From assembly GCF_016428595.1 (NCBI RefSeq), contig NZ_JAELVQ010000006.1, forward strand, positions 149,876-181,875: a stretch of 32,000 nt of DNA, in the 5' to 3' direction. Below the pieces are notes generated by a model. It worked only from the letters and a program-made list of their open reading frames with translations. It searched no databases and was not told the DNA's origin. A program made the translations under genes and the position numbers. The number at the start of each line of letters is the position of its first letter. Positions within the stretch are counted from its first letter, which is position 1. This DNA comes from Snuella sedimenti (lineage in GTDB: Bacteria; Bacteroidota; Bacteroidia; Flavobacteriales; Flavobacteriaceae). Below, piece after piece: positions 31,821 through 32,000 of the stretch.

Positions 31821-32000
31821 GGAGTGTTTTTTTGAGTTGCTTTAACTCTGCATCAAAATTTTTACTGTCCAAAAGTGACATAAATTGAATGTTACCATCT
31901 GGATCAATTAACAGATTAGAAGCTAGCATAACTTCATCTCTGGCCAGATCGGGAAGCACATCATCTGGAGCATAGCTTGCTGCAACCAGACCATCTTCAT
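31807..32000 (-). CDS. Thioredoxin-fold (TlpA/ResA/AhpC-TSA-like) protein, C-terminal fragment; N-terminus beyond right window edge
   Basis: Hand translation of the minus strand gives ...EDGLVAASYAPDDVLPDLARDEVMLASNLLIDPDGNIQFMSLLDSKNFDAELKQLKKTLHELL*. The LIDPDGNI block is typical of TlpA-like oxidoreductases. It is not in the ORF track because it is edge-truncated. Confidence 0.55.
   Translation of the reverse strand, partial: EDGLVAASYAPDDVLPDLARDEVMLASNLLIDPDGNIQFMSLLDSKNFDAELKQLKKTLHELL

Overview
AT-rich, gene-dense chromosomal segment that looks like Bacteroidota (Flavobacteriia-like). I recognised no rRNA, tRNA, CRISPR array, transposase or integrase. The minus strand carries two paralogous trans-envelope-signalling glycan-utilisation modules, each ordered ECF sigma, FecR anti-sigma, STN-domain SusC, SusD. 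Module 1 runs 9045->1937 and is followed by a secreted glycoside-hydrolase-like protein that runs off the left edge (1-1758); this ORF is absent from the supplied track and I hand-translated it. Module 2 runs 22329->15504 and is followed by an 1103-aa FG-GAP/ASPIC-UnbV lipoprotein. Between the modules sits a LYS9-type saccharopine dehydrogenase, a PfkB sugar kinase and a small conserved protein, ending in a clean intrinsic terminator. Divergent from sigma-2, on the plus strand, is a tightly packed three-gene operon. It encodes a YgjK-like GH63 alpha-glucosidase lipoprotein, a 1008-aa signal-less tri-domain fusion, and a LacZ-like GH2 beta-galactosidase lipoprotein. The fusion combines a hydroxylysine-kinase-like APH domain, an M23 peptidase domain and an AGXT2L/ETNPPL-type PLP phospho-lyase domain. 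The right end holds a YegP/DUF1508 protein, a DsbD-N-terminal-like protein and the C-terminus of a TlpA-like thioredoxin-fold protein. Main hypothesis (inference): the plus-strand operon, probably with module 2 and the saccharopine dehydrogenase, is a pathway for collagen-type glucosyl-galactosyl-hydroxylysine or a related glycosylated amino alcohol. Second hypothesis: both fecR-susC spacers encode a short cis-antisense sRNA. Each has an exact TAnnTTTG -7 box and a terminator whose pairing only works on the plus strand. This resembles the DonS class described in Bacteroides.
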